The position numbers and the translations under genes were made by a program. Below the pieces are notes generated by a model. That model ran no database searches. It was not told the DNA's origin and worked only from the letters and a program-made list of their open reading frames with translations. A DNA stretch of 64,000 nucleotides from Thecamonas trahens ATCC 50062 (lineage: Eukaryota; Protista; Apusomonadida): assembly GCF_000142905.1 (NCBI RefSeq), contig NW_013657649.1, positions 248,001 through 312,000 on the forward strand. Reading direction: 5' to 3'. Position 1 is the stretch's first letter, and each line of letters starts with the position of its first letter. Below are positions 22,223-32,684 of this stretch, piece after piece.

Positions 22223-25200
22223 TGGCGGGTGGCGGGGACAGTGGTGGCGAGGCAGGGAATACGAGCATGCCGACGGTGGCGGAGATGGTGGAGGAGGAGC
22301 GCGGGCGGAGGCGGAGGCGGGGGAAAGTCGTGGTGTACAACGAGGAGGCACTGCTCAAGTCGCAGTGGCGCGACTCGGAGAAGATGAAGAAGGCCATGAA
22401 GGTGGAGGAGATCGAGGCCAAGAAGGTCCGCAGGGCACACGCCCGCCGTCGTGCCGCCGAGAAGAAGAAAAAGGCCGCAGAGCGGAGGCGCAAGGCAAAG
22501 GCTGCTGCTGCTGCTCGGCGGAAGAAGAAGGCCGCAGAGGCGGCCGCGGCCGCTGCTGCCGCTGCTGCTGCCGCTGCTGCCATGGACCCCGGCGATGCCG
22601 CTACGCTGCAAGACTCAGTCGGCAGTACGGTGGGCGGGCAGAAAGTCGATGCTGGGAGCGGGGCTCAGGCTTCCGCAGCGGGGATGGGTGCCGGTAGTAG
22701 TGGCGCAGCGAGCGTCAGCGCGAGTGCGAGCGCGGCGTCGACGCCGGCGGCTACGCCGAGTAGGGACAGCCGCAATGCGCGGCACCCGCGGCATCCGCAG
22801 CATGGATACGTCATCTACGACGACTACGGCCTGCCGATTGTGGTTGATCAACTGCCGAAGCGCGTCCGCAAGCGAGCGCCGGCGGCGGTAACGTCGGCGC
22901 AGGCTGCGGCTCAGAACAGGCCAATGGTTGCCCGTAAGCTCCTCGACGTTCCGTCACCGCCGACAACACCCGGTCGGCGGGCAGGGCTTGCTCGCCCAGA
23001 CCGCAATTCGCCGCGACTCTCTGCCAAGGCATCGGGCTCGGCGCCACCTTCGGCGTCTAAGGGTAAGGGCAAGAGCAAGGGCAAGAGCAAGGGCAAGGGC
23101 AAGGCGAGTGTGGCTTTGGGCGCCAACGGGTCGGGCGGACCTCCGATGAAGGATGTACTGCGACGGTTCAAGCGGTGGACCAAGACGTACTTGACAAACG
23201 CGGTCGACGTCCTGCCGCAAACCGCCATGCCAAGTACCGTCATTGTCGGCGAGAACGCTGTTGTCCGCCACGGGTCGAGCGTCTTCCTCGACCGGATCAC
23301 CGCGTACAACGAGGCTGAGCTCAAGGACGATCCGGTGGCGCTCGCGCTTGACAAAGCGCTCAGCTGCTTCTCGGAAGACAACCCTCTGACGACGCTTCCC
23401 GGCTTCTCGCCACGCTCGCTCTGGTACCCGTCACTCTCCGAGGTCCTCGACGCTGCTTTTGGCGGCTCGGTCGAGCAGATGGCGCGATCGCTGAGCGCGG
23501 TCGACGCGTCAACCCGGGCTCACCAGGCTGCGCTCCGTAAGGGGCTTATTCGCCCGCGCACTCTGACTGCCACGGTGTCCGCGCCTCGTAGTTCCGCTCC
23601 TGAACAAGCTCTGGCACCGATGGACGTCGTCACCGCCCCACCGCAGCGCTCCCAGCCCCCGCCGGTTTCGACCCGGACCCGTGCCGTTCAAACTGAGATC
23701 ACCCACGTCCAGAGCAAGACTGCCCGCCGCTGGGACGACGTCCAGCGGGTCTCGAGTGAGCTTGACGCCGGCATCATCCCCAAGAATGTCTACGCCGATC
23801 AGCTCAATCCCAAGCGCACCTTTGAGCACTTTATCTCCCGATCGCCGACCAAGACCGCAACCCGTCCCACGGCACCGCTCGCTACCATCGCTGCTACAGT
23901 CGCCACTGCTGCTCCTGCTGCTGGTGAGCCGAAGGACAGCTCTGTCAACACTCTCACGAGCGCGATGAATCCTGCTCCGAGCGATGCACTTCGCAATCCG
24001 GCTGCACTCAGCACTGGCAAGCGCGGGCGCGACGAGGCGGACGAGGCCACTGGCACCGCAGCTGGTCACGGGCCCGGGCCCGTGCCCAAGAAGGCCAAGC
24101 CGATGGAAGGGCCGCAGCTCAAGCTGAGCGCACCCATGGCCGCGCCCGCACCTGGACCTGTGGCGGAGACGCCGGCGCCATCGATGACGGTGGCCGAGAT
24201 GGTGGCGGCGGCTACAGCAGCGGCAACAACCGCGGCAGCGGTGTTGGGCACAGGAGGACCCGCAGGCCGCTCCACCGTATCTGCAACACCAGCTGGAGCG
24301 GCGGTACCGCCGCGAGCGTGCATTGCTTCGACTGCCAGTGTCTCTTCAGCGCCGCCGCTGGCTGCCGAATCCCGGCCACCGCCACCGCCGCCGCCACCGC
24401 CTCCGTCGCTGCCGCTGCCACCCCCGCCACCATCTGTCCCTACCGGGGTTGAAGCGGCGATGGCGAATGAGGACGGCGGGCCGAAAATGATGCTCAAAGG
24501 CGAGGAGCGGTGGACGAGCGGGACTTACGTCAATTGCGATGTGCGCTACTTTAATCTCAAGTGCCTCGGCAAGTTTGACATGGTGTACATCGACCCGCCG
24601 TGGCGGATCCGCGGCAACCAGGTGATGCCGGAGGACGGGCACATCTTCTCCAACTCGCAGCGGCGACGTAACTACGACACGCTCTCGAACACCGACATCT
24701 ACGACCTTGAGATTGGCGAGCTGGTCGACACCGGGCTCATTTTCATGTGGACGGTCACGTCGCAGCTCAAGGTGGCGCTGCAGTGTCTCGAGCACTGGGG
24801 CTTTGACTTTATCGACAAGATCACCTGGGTCCGGCTCACCCACCGCGATAACGTGGCCATGGGCCTTGGCTACTACTTTCTGCACTCGTCAGAAATCTGT
24901 CTGGTCGGCGCCAAGTCGCGGCCAGGTGCGCGTCTGGAGATCATTCCCAAGATCTCGAACGATCTTTTGTTTGCTCGGGTGGGCAAGCCATCCGAAAAGC
25001 CGGTCGAGATGTACGACATCATGGAGCGGATGATGCCCGGCGGGCGCAAGATCGAGATTTTTGCCCGAAACAACAACCTGCGGCGTGGGTGGCTCTCGGT
25101 GGGCAACCTGCTCGGGCCCAACTTTGAGTACGTCAAGGATCGGGTGATGTGTGACGAATGTGCGGCCGGCATCCCCATCGGAACGCGGCGGTTCAAGTCG

Positions 25201-26012
25201 CGGAGCGTGCCGAACCGTGACGTGTGTGCCGAGTGCTTTGCCGGCACCGGCGAGCCAGCACACAACTACTTTGAGCTCGAGCACGCCATCGCGGTCATGG
25301 TCTTCCACAACAACTACACCTGTGATATGTGTGGGATGAACCCGATCTGCGGTATCCGCTTTTCATGCTCGCGCTGCGAGTACGACCTCTGCGAAGGCTG
25401 CTTCGATTTTTCTGTCACCACCTGGGCGGCGGCTGCCGGCGCGGCGTCGCCGTCGGCGGCAGAGCCGTCGATCTTCCACACTCCCGACAAAAAGTCGACT
25501 CGTGTGAGGTCGGCCACCCACGATCCGGCGCATGCCTTTCTCGCCTACGAGGACATGGACGACTCGGGCGGCCTGCCCAAGCACCATGCGCGCTGCACCT
25601 CGTGCTTTGACTTTCCATTGTCGGCTACCGGTTCTTCTGCGTCGACTGCAAACGGGTCTCGCTCTGCCAAAAGTGCTTCTTCCGCCGTAAGGAACCCGGT
25701 CGCCACCTCGCGTCGCACGAGATGCGGTTGCTCGACCGGCCGCGCGAGTCGTGCATCTGTCCGCGCTGCGTCATCGATGTCCACGCCACCGAGCGCGCCC
25801 TCGTCCGCGAGCTGCCGTCGGTCCGGGTTGCCGATCGCGCGCTTGTCCTCGCCCAGCGTGCGGCATCGGCCGCTGCCGCCGACGAGATAATTCATGATGC
25901 GGTGAGCGATGTCGCGCAAGGCGTCGCGGCCGACGCCGTAGCCGACGCTGTTGCCGAGACGATGATCGACGACGCAGCGGCGGCCGTAGCGGCCGAGTCG
26001 ATGGCCGGGTAG
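21782..26012 (+). CDS. MT-A70-family N6-adenine methyltransferase with three C-terminal ZZ zinc fingers (AMT1/MTA1-like); probable exon 1 21782-21851, exon 2 from 22166; frameshift at ~25615
   Basis: 'KFDMVYIDPPW' (DPPW at 24592), 'YDTLS', 'GLIFMW', 'CLEHWG..IDKITWV', 'FLHSSEICLVG', 'SEKP.EMY..ERMMPGGRKIEIFAR.NNLRRGW.SVGN', followed by CxxC..CxxC..CxxC ZZ motifs. Alternative ATG at 22267. Confidence 0.88.
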
Positions 26013-26060
26013 CAGAGAGCACACGGTTCTCACTGAATAAGCTCGCTTGTTTAGCTTGTG

Positions 26061-27562
26061 CTAGTGGGCATGGGCGGCACGGTTGTGCTCGATGCGGCGG
26101 CGGACCTCCTGGTGGCCGATCCCGCGGGCGACGCGGCCGAGGCCGTTGAGCGCTGCAACGCGGAAGGCCTCAGAGTAACTCGGGTAGTTGAAGACTTGGG
26201 TGAGGAAGAGATCGATGGTGCCGTTGAGAGCCATGGCGGTTTGTGCGACGTGAATGATTTCCGTGGCACCCTCGCCGATGGCGGATGCGCCGAGAAGGCG
26301 GAAGGTGTGCGGGCAGAAGAGGAGCTTCAGCAGGCCGTACGAGCCGCCGATCATGGCAGACTTTGCCAGCTCGGCGTAGGAGGCGAGGCCGACCTCGACC
26401 GGAATCTGGGCGGCGGTGAGCTCGCGCTCGGACATGCCGATGAAGGAAAGCTCGGGCACGGTGTAAATGCCGTAAGGGAAGTCACCCTGGGTCTCGACGC
26501 GGTCGGTGATGTCGTCGAACATGTAGTCTGCAACGAGGCGGCCCTGCTGGCCCGAGACCGAGGCGAGGGCAGGGAAGCCGATGCAGTCGCCGGCAGCGTA
26601 GACGTGGCCGACCGAGGTCATGAACTTGTCGTCGACAGAGATGAGGCCGCGCTTGTCGGTCTCCAGTCCGATAGCGGAGAGGTTGAGCGAGTCGGTGTTG
26701 GCCTGCCGGCCGACGGCATACAGCAGGGCGTCGCCAAAGAGGACCTTGCCCGACGCTAGCTCGACGGTGACAGTCTCGCGGCCGTCAGAGCGGACGGTGA
26801 CGTCGCAGGATGAGACAGTCTCGCCGAGCAGGAACCGGGCGCCTTGCTGGCGCATGAGGTGGCAGAGCGCCTCGACCATTTCGGTGTCGGCAAACGGCAG
26901 GATCTGGGTCGGCCGCTGATCGACGACGTAGACGCGTGAGCCCGGGATGATGTTCATCATGGACGCGTACTCCATGCCGATCACTCCGGCGCCGACTACA
27001 ATGAGCGTCCGCGGAATGACCCAGTCGTCGATGAGCATCTCGTCCGAGTCAAATACCTGCTTGGCCTCAAACGGGATGTGGCCCGGGCGCGCCGGGCGGG
27101 TGCCGACCGAGAGCAGGAACTTGTCGGCGGTCACGCGCCGCTTCTCGTCTGACGTCACCGAGAAGCCCTCCATGGCGTTGAGCCGCGCCCGCCGATCGGG
27201 CAGGTGCGACCACGGCTTGCCGATGGCCACAGTGTTCGAGTCGACAAACGAGGCGTGGCCCGGAATGATGTCGATGTGGTTGCGGAGGAGCTGGCTTGAC
27301 ACAATGGCGTGCTCCTTGTCGATCACCGCCTTGACCCGGTTGACAATGTCCTTGACCGTCACCGTCTTGCGCGCCAGCGACGATCCGGTGTAGAACGACT
27401 GGTTGCGGTACCCGGTGAGGTGCAGGATGGCCTCACGGAAGGTCTTGGACGGGATGGTGCCAGTGTGGACACACACACCGCCGATGTCCGCCTCGGCATC
27501 AACCACAGCCACGCGCTTGCCCTTTTTCGCAGCCGCAATAGCACACTTTTGCCCCGCCGGCC
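26061..27562 (-). CDS. sthA: Soluble (Si-specific) NAD(P)+ transhydrogenase, bacterial-type flavoprotein; 5' exon probably in the N gap
   Basis: 'GGVCVHTGTIPSKTFREA' has one Cys instead of the CxxxxC of lipoamide dehydrogenase; 'VGAGVIGMEYASM', 'YAAGDCIGFPALAS', 'GIYTVPELS', 'FNYPSYSEAFRVAALNG'. Acceptor TAG ends at 27563 with CTCAC ~37 nt upstream. Confidence 0.88.
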
Positions 27563-27997
27563 CTATATATCCCCCAGCCACCACCGCCCCATGCTCTTTG
27601 GTGAGTCGTCCTCCCGCGTCTTTGCCTACCGACCGAACAAGAGCCGCTGTCCGGGCGTGCCCCCCCCCCCCCCCTTCGCGCATTGGAGTGGGGAGGAGGG
27701 GAGGGACCGTNNNNNNNNNNNNNNNNNNNNNNNNNNNNNNNNNNNNNNNNNNNNNNNNNNNNNNNNNNNNNNNNNNNNNNNNNNNNNNNNNNNNNNNNNN
27801 NNNNNNNNNNNNNNNNNNNNNNNNNNNNNNNNNNNNNNNNNNNNNNNNNNNNNNNNNNNNNNNNNNNNNNNNNNNNNNNNNNNNCTATCCACCCGCCCGC
27901 CACCCGCCCGCCACCCGCCCGCCACCCGCTGCCTGTCAACCACCCAACCCCTCCCCACCCCTCCCCACCCTCCACCAGCAATCGTCCGTCAGGCGGA

Positions 27998-28930
27998 ATG
28001 TTCCGAATGCGAGTTGGGGACGGGGGGTGGCAGGGCAACATGGCGGTGGTGTGTCCGGCGGTGACGGAGGCTGTAGGCGCGCCGCCGTGCTTGACCTCGC
28101 CGTCGACGGCGTACGCTCCGCTGGCCATTGCGACGCTGATCGTGGTGGGCCCGGCCATCGCAGTCTTTGGCGTCATTCCGAGCCAGACACTGGCCCTGGC
28201 ACCTGCGGGTGCAGTGGCGACGCAGCTAGCGGTTATCGTCCTCGCGGCGGCGTCGCTGGCGGCGCTCATCGGGGCGGCATGGTCGGATCCGGGCTGGCTC
28301 CCGCCGCGGGCGGCAGTGGACGAGCCCGACTACCGCCGGTGGCTTCCTGGGTCCCATCGCGAGCTCCCTGTACGCACTGCTGCCGGTGGCGAAGCTGGTG
28401 TTGCGCTGGTGAGCGGTGAGGCGGAGGAAGGCGTGGGAGACAAGCTGTGTACCACATGCGGCATCTTAAGACCGCCGCGATCGTCGCACTGCCGGACTTG
28501 CAACGTGTGCGTGCTCCGGTTCGACCACCATTGCATCTTTGTGGCCAACTGCATCGGGCGGCGCAACCATCGCTCGTTTGTGGCGCTCCATCTCATTGCC
28601 GGCGTCCTCTGTGTCCTCCTCACCTGCGTCTGCCTCGCATTCGCCATGGCGCACCTCAAGACGGTCGGCCTCCGTTCCTCAGCGGTGGATGTATGGGCAC
28701 TGCGGCTCTTCATCTTTACTGCCTCGACGACCTCCATCTACCTCGCTGGCTACCTGCTCGCCATGGGCGGCGCATACCTCCGCCTCGTCTCCCGCAACGT
28801 CCTCACCAAGGAGTCTCTCAACGGGAGTGGTGATGCAGTCCGAGCCATCTACTCTCGCGGCGTCATCGCCAATCTCTGGACCTTTTTCACCGAGCCCTGC
28901 CCGCCGCGTCTTATCGACCTGCGGCCGTAG
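27998..28930 (+). CDS. DHHC-type protein S-acyltransferase (5' end uncertain, next to a gap)
   Basis: 'SDPG', '[44 protein letters not shown]', four TM segments, 'LTKE', 'YSRGVIANL'. Confidence 0.93.
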   Translation: MFRMRVGDGGWQGNMAVVCPAVTEAVGAPPCLTSPSTAYAPLAIATLIVVGPAIAVFGVIPSQTLALAPAGAVATQLAVIVLAAASLAALIGAAWSDPGWLPPRAAVDEPDYRRWLPGSHRELPVRTAAGGEAGVALVSGEAEEGVGDKLCTTCGILRPPRSSHCRTCNVCVLRFDHHCIFVANCIGRRNHRSFVALHLIAGVLCVLLTCVCLAFAMAHLKTVGLRSSAVDVWALRLFIFTASTTSIYLAGYLLAMGGAYLRLVSRNVLTKESLNGSGDAVRAIYSRGVIANLWTFFTEPCPPRLIDLRP

Positions 28931-28954
28931 CCCACTGTCCGCCGTCCATCGCCT

Positions 28955-29111
28955 TCTGCCCACTACCCATCATCGCCCATGATTGCTATCTGCCCATCCC
29001 CGCCCTCTGCCCATCATCGCTCTCTACCCATCCCCGCCCTCTGCCCATCATCGCTCTCTACCCATCCCCGCCCTCTGCCCATCATCGCCGTCTGCCCATG
29101 CCCGCACTCTG
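28955..29111. repeat. Intergenic minisatellite, 17-bp subunits forming a 34-bp dimer (TGCCCATCATCGCTCTC/TACCCATCCCCGCCCTC)
   Basis: Two perfect 34-bp copies plus degenerate flanking subunits. Confidence 0.85.
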
Positions 29112-29275
29112 ACAGTTGGCTCGGTAGATTCGAAAGTGAATGCGACTCGCGACGCCGACCACGCCACGACCACCGCCAAAGCGAGACACACCCACCGCCA
29201 CCAGCCCCCGCACAACCACCCCCACAACACATAGCCCACACCTCTCCCCACCACTCCCACCACCCTCTTCCCCCC

Positions 29276-31477
29276 ATGGCTACGGTCATCGACCTGACCG
29301 AAGACGACATCGACCTGAGCTACCCCGAGCGCTCGCAGAAGTCCCGTGGTCGGCGACATGGGCCAGATGTAGCACGACCACGGCCAGTGGTGGTGATCGG
29401 CGATGAAGATGTTATCGATATCACCTCGTCCATCTCCCGTGGCCGGTGCCGTATCCGCAAGCGCAAGCGCGCACAGGCCGGACAGCCGCAGCCTGCTCAA
29501 CCTGCAGTCGCCCCCAGTCGGCGAGTCATTTCGGCCATCGACGTGCTTGGCGGCGAAGACGCGTTCGAGTTCTTTGCAGGATCGGCGACGCCGTCGCCTG
29601 GGGCTGGTGGTCCTAACGAGGAGTTGGCTGGCGAGCAAGATCTGCAGCAAGCTCCCAAGCGCCATCACACGCTCTCAGCCTCGTCACAGCAGCCGTCACC
29701 TCTGCCGCAGCCGGTGCCGGTTATGGTGGGCCAAACGCAGGCCACAGACACCGCTGGCGAGCAAGAGCTGCAGCAAGCTCCCATGCGCCATCTCACGCCC
29801 TCGGCCTCGTCACAGCAGCCGTCACCTCTACCGCAGCCGGTGCCGGTTATGGTGGGCCGAACGCAGGCCACAGACACCGCAGCATTGGTGCTCAAGAACA
29901 AGATCAGGCAAGCCCGTTCGAGGATGCCGGCCAAGCCGCCGCAGGCGCTGAGCTCGCGGCGCGCTGGGCGGTCAAGCCCGTCGCTCTCCAACTCGATGCC
30001 GAGGCCGCAAGCCGAGAGCACACCGCTGGTCACACGCCCGGACTCGCTGCTTGGCAACAGCCTTCGCCGTAACATCCTGGCGGCACAGGCCGAGAGCAGG
30101 AAGCACCATGTGGCGCTACAGGCGCGCACGCGATTGGCCCGCGCCGCCGCTGCCGAGCCGAGCAACGAGATCACTCCGATCAAAGGCGGCGGTGCGCTGG
30201 CGTCGGCTTTACAGCCGTCAAGGTCCCCTCAATCCCCGCCGCTCGCGCTGGCCCTCTCACCGCACCCGCTGCCTCCGAACCAACCGCGGCCGGCGCCCCA
30301 AGCGCGGCCGTCGCGCAAGAAGCCGTCGCTCATCTCGCGGCAGCTGGAAATGTCGATGGAGATTACCATCAACAAGGACCGCGATCCACTGACCGGTATT
30401 CTCTCACTCGCGTACTTGTTTGACCGATGCCGGCTCTGGCCTCCGCGTTCGCTATGGGAGATGCTGATGTCGGTGGTGAGCACTGCCGACGCCTCGTTGC
30501 CGAGCGGACGCGCTGCGTCGGTCACTGAGCACGCGGTGACAGCCGGCCAGTCTGGGTTCCCCGAGTCGGCACCGGCAGCAGTCGTGCGCATGTGTGGCGA
30601 AGTCCTGCGGCGGATCACTCTCTCATGCGAAGCGAACACGCTCCAGTTTGTGTGGCAACCGGAGAACTTTAAGGTTGTGCGCGAGGCGCTCGACACGATC
30701 GCGCGTGGTGGCGCTGACGGGCACCATGGCAGCGCGGCACTCGTCGGCGTGTGTGCGGTGCAGTATGTCGCCGACGGCAGCGTGGTCCATACCACTGAAG
30801 TCAGCAACACGCTGTTGCGAGTCGAGTCGTGCAGTCTTTGCGCAAGCATGCAGGGCGACGACGAGGGGCTGCGGGGAAACATTGCGGCGATGGTGGCGGC
30901 CGCAGTGGCTGCTGCGGGTTCGCAGGCCGACGTTTGCGACGTGCGCCACGTCTGCGCCATCGCCCAGCAGGCGCTGGCCTGCGGCAGGGCGCACAGCGAT
31001 TTCCGCGAGTTTGACGCGGCCGACGCTGCTAGCCGCGCGTATGTCGCCCTGCCGCACGACGCGGCAAAGAGTCGTGCGCTGCAAACGCTCATCCGCGAAC
31101 TGCCACAGCTGGCGCTGGTGTTGCTCAATAGGCTCGTACAGGATCAGTTTGCATGCGGAAGCACAAGCGCCCAACCCGAGGATGGGACGCCGTTCCCGCG
31201 GCTAGTCCACGCCATCACGGTCACGCTCCGATGCGAGCTTTGGCCGGGCACCGAGCCGCGCCCTTACCACCTAGCCCTGCTGTGGCACTACCTGCAGGCG
31301 GTAGTCTCCACTGAGAAGAGCTCAGTGACGCGACTGGCGGACAAGTGGCAGACGGCCGCGCAGGAGACGGCGGTTGGGCTCGAAGAGCGGTGGAGTCGAG
31401 TGGTAGCCAGTGACCCTCAGGCACGGATCCAGCTGATGCTCATGCGGCGGATGATGGTGGGTGGCGCAGTTCCGTAG
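29276..31477 (+). CDS. Hypothetical protein with N-terminal SUMO-interacting motifs, a Pro/Gln-rich linker and a helical C-terminal domain
   Basis: 'VIDLTEDDIDL', 'VVVIGDEDVIDIT', NLS-like 'RIRKRKR'; long ORF filling the space between neighbouring genes. Confidence 0.65.
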   Translation: MATVIDLTEDDIDLSYPERSQKSRGRRHGPDVARPRPVVVIGDEDVIDITSSISRGRCRIRKRKRAQAGQPQPAQPAVAPSRRVISAIDVLGGEDAFEFFAGSATPSPGAGGPNEELAGEQDLQQAPKRHHTLSASSQQPSPLPQPVPVMVGQTQATDTAGEQELQQAPMRHLTPSASSQQPSPLPQPVPVMVGRTQATDTAALVLKNKIRQARSRMPAKPPQALSSRRAGRSSPSLSNSMPRPQAESTPLVTRPDSLLGNSLRRNILAAQAESRKHHVALQARTRLARAAAAEPSNEITPIKGGGALASALQPSRSPQSPPLALALSPHPLPPNQPRPAPQARPSRKKPSLISRQLEMSMEITINKDRDPLTGILSLAYLFDRCRLWPPRSLWEMLMSVVSTADASLPSGRAASVTEHAVTAGQSGFPESAPAAVVRMCGEVLRRITLSCEANTLQFVWQPENFKVVREALDTIARGGADGHHGSAALVGVCAVQYVADGSVVHTTEVSNTLLRVESCSLCASMQGDDEGLRGNIAAMVAAAVAAAGSQADVCDVRHVCAIAQQALACGRAHSDFREFDAADAASRAYVALPHDAAKSRALQTLIRELPQLALVLLNRLVQDQFACGSTSAQPEDGTPFPRLVHAITVTLRCELWPGTEPRPYHLALLWHYLQAVVSTEKSSVTRLADKWQTAAQETAVGLEERWSRVVASDPQARIQLMLMRRMMVGGAVP
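29627..29880 (+). repeat. 126-bp (42-aa) in-frame tandem duplication
   Basis: Copies start at 29627 and 29753 (GCTGGCGAGCAAGA...CAGACACC) and differ by a few substitutions. Confidence 0.92.
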
Positions 31478-31492
31478 CGCAGTGGACCAGTG

Positions 31493-32269
31493 TCACACAG
31501 AGTGGTCTTTCGACTTATCGCCTAGGAGCGAGAAGCCGTACCGCGGCGCGAGGACAAAGACATAGATGAGCAGACCAAAAACAATGACCAAGGCAAAGAG
31601 GCCGACAATGACGTAAGGATGGCGGCGGGCAAACGATGGCGGCTTGAACCGCTTGCGGGCGGCGTCGGTCCGCCACAGCAGCCGCAGAAACGACTCGTCG
31701 TTGTCCATCGCGGGCTCAATGACGAGTACAAACGGCGGCTCGCTGCGGCTCCGCGCCAGCAGTGCCGGGGCCAGATCGTAAACCGGCTCCTCGCCCGTCG
31801 CCGACGATGGCGGCAGAGCACGAAAGACATGCATCGGGAGCGCCGCGAGTCGCGCCGTCACCTCGGTCATCGTCTTGGCCAGCGGTGCATCCAGCTCCAT
31901 TGGCAGCAGCGAGCCGCCGGCAACGCCCGCCGCCGCCAGAACATCCGCCGCGCGGCCGGCGATCCTCCGCAGTGCTGCCGCAGCCAGCCGCCGTGGCAGC
32001 GACGGATGCGCCACCAGCAGCGCCACCAGCGATGAGTCTGTACAGCGGAGCAGGTGCATATATACCTCTGCCTGCAGCGCATACACCACTGGCTCGCCCT
32101 CGCCTAAACCTCCGTCCTCGGGCGCTGCCGTCTCCAGCACCCGCGGCAGCTCGCTCCGCAAGGTGCCCACAAACCGCGAGGCGTAGGCCACCAGCGTCGT
32201 TCCCCGGGCCACACCCAGGCCGTACACCAGCGTTTCTGGTGGTAGCGGTGGGAGACTGGCCATAGACAT
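31493..32269 (-). CDS. Longin-domain, tail-anchored protein (VAMP7-related, SNARE motif not recognisable)
   Basis: 'LVYGLGVARGTTLVAY..YMHLL..LVALLVA..LPRRLAAAALRRI' resembles the VAMP7 longin domain; C-terminal TM 'YVIVGLFALVIVFGLLIYVFVL'. Confidence 0.6.
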   Translation of the reverse strand: MSMASLPPLPPETLVYGLGVARGTTLVAYASRFVGTLRSELPRVLETAAPEDGGLGEGEPVVYALQAEVYMHLLRCTDSSLVALLVAHPSLPRRLAAAALRRIAGRAADVLAAAGVAGGSLLPMELDAPLAKTMTEVTARLAALPMHVFRALPPSSATGEEPVYDLAPALLARSRSEPPFVLVIEPAMDNDESFLRLLWRTDAARKRFKPPSFARRHPYVIVGLFALVIVFGLLIYVFVLAPRYGFSLLGDKSKDHSV

Positions 32270-32684
32270 GGAACCGTGAAGTGGGTGGGGAGGGGAGGAG
32301 GGGGAGTGAGAGAAGGAGTGGCTCCACTCCCAGAGAACCTGCCTGCATACTCCTTGTCTGCCGCCGTCACCTCGTCGCCTCGCCTCTCCGTCGCCGGCTT
32401 CCGAACCACAACACGACAGAACAGGATAACATGACATGGTGTGGCATGACATGACCTGACATGCGCCACTGTCACGGCCACTGCCAAATACGGCTTGGCT
32501 TGGCTTGCCAGAGACAGCGGAGAGAATGCTATCACCACAAAAAAGTGCCATCCTTGCACGACGGGCTTCCCCCCCCTCCCCCCTCCCCCTCCCCCTACCC
32601 CCCTACCCCCGTCGACGCCAAGCACCACTCCACTCCACTCGTCCACTCGCTCTCACTCTCACCTCTACAAAGACGGGCGGGGAT

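Noticed and set aside
26061-27562. Annotation as dihydrolipoamide dehydrogenase, or bacterial contamination
   Set aside because: It lacks the CxxxxC disulfide and the HPTxxE motif, and it has an intron acceptor and contiguous eukaryotic neighbours.
28955-29111. Repeat array as a possible CRISPR
   Set aside because: Units are contiguous without unique spacers, the context is eukaryotic, and there are no cas genes.
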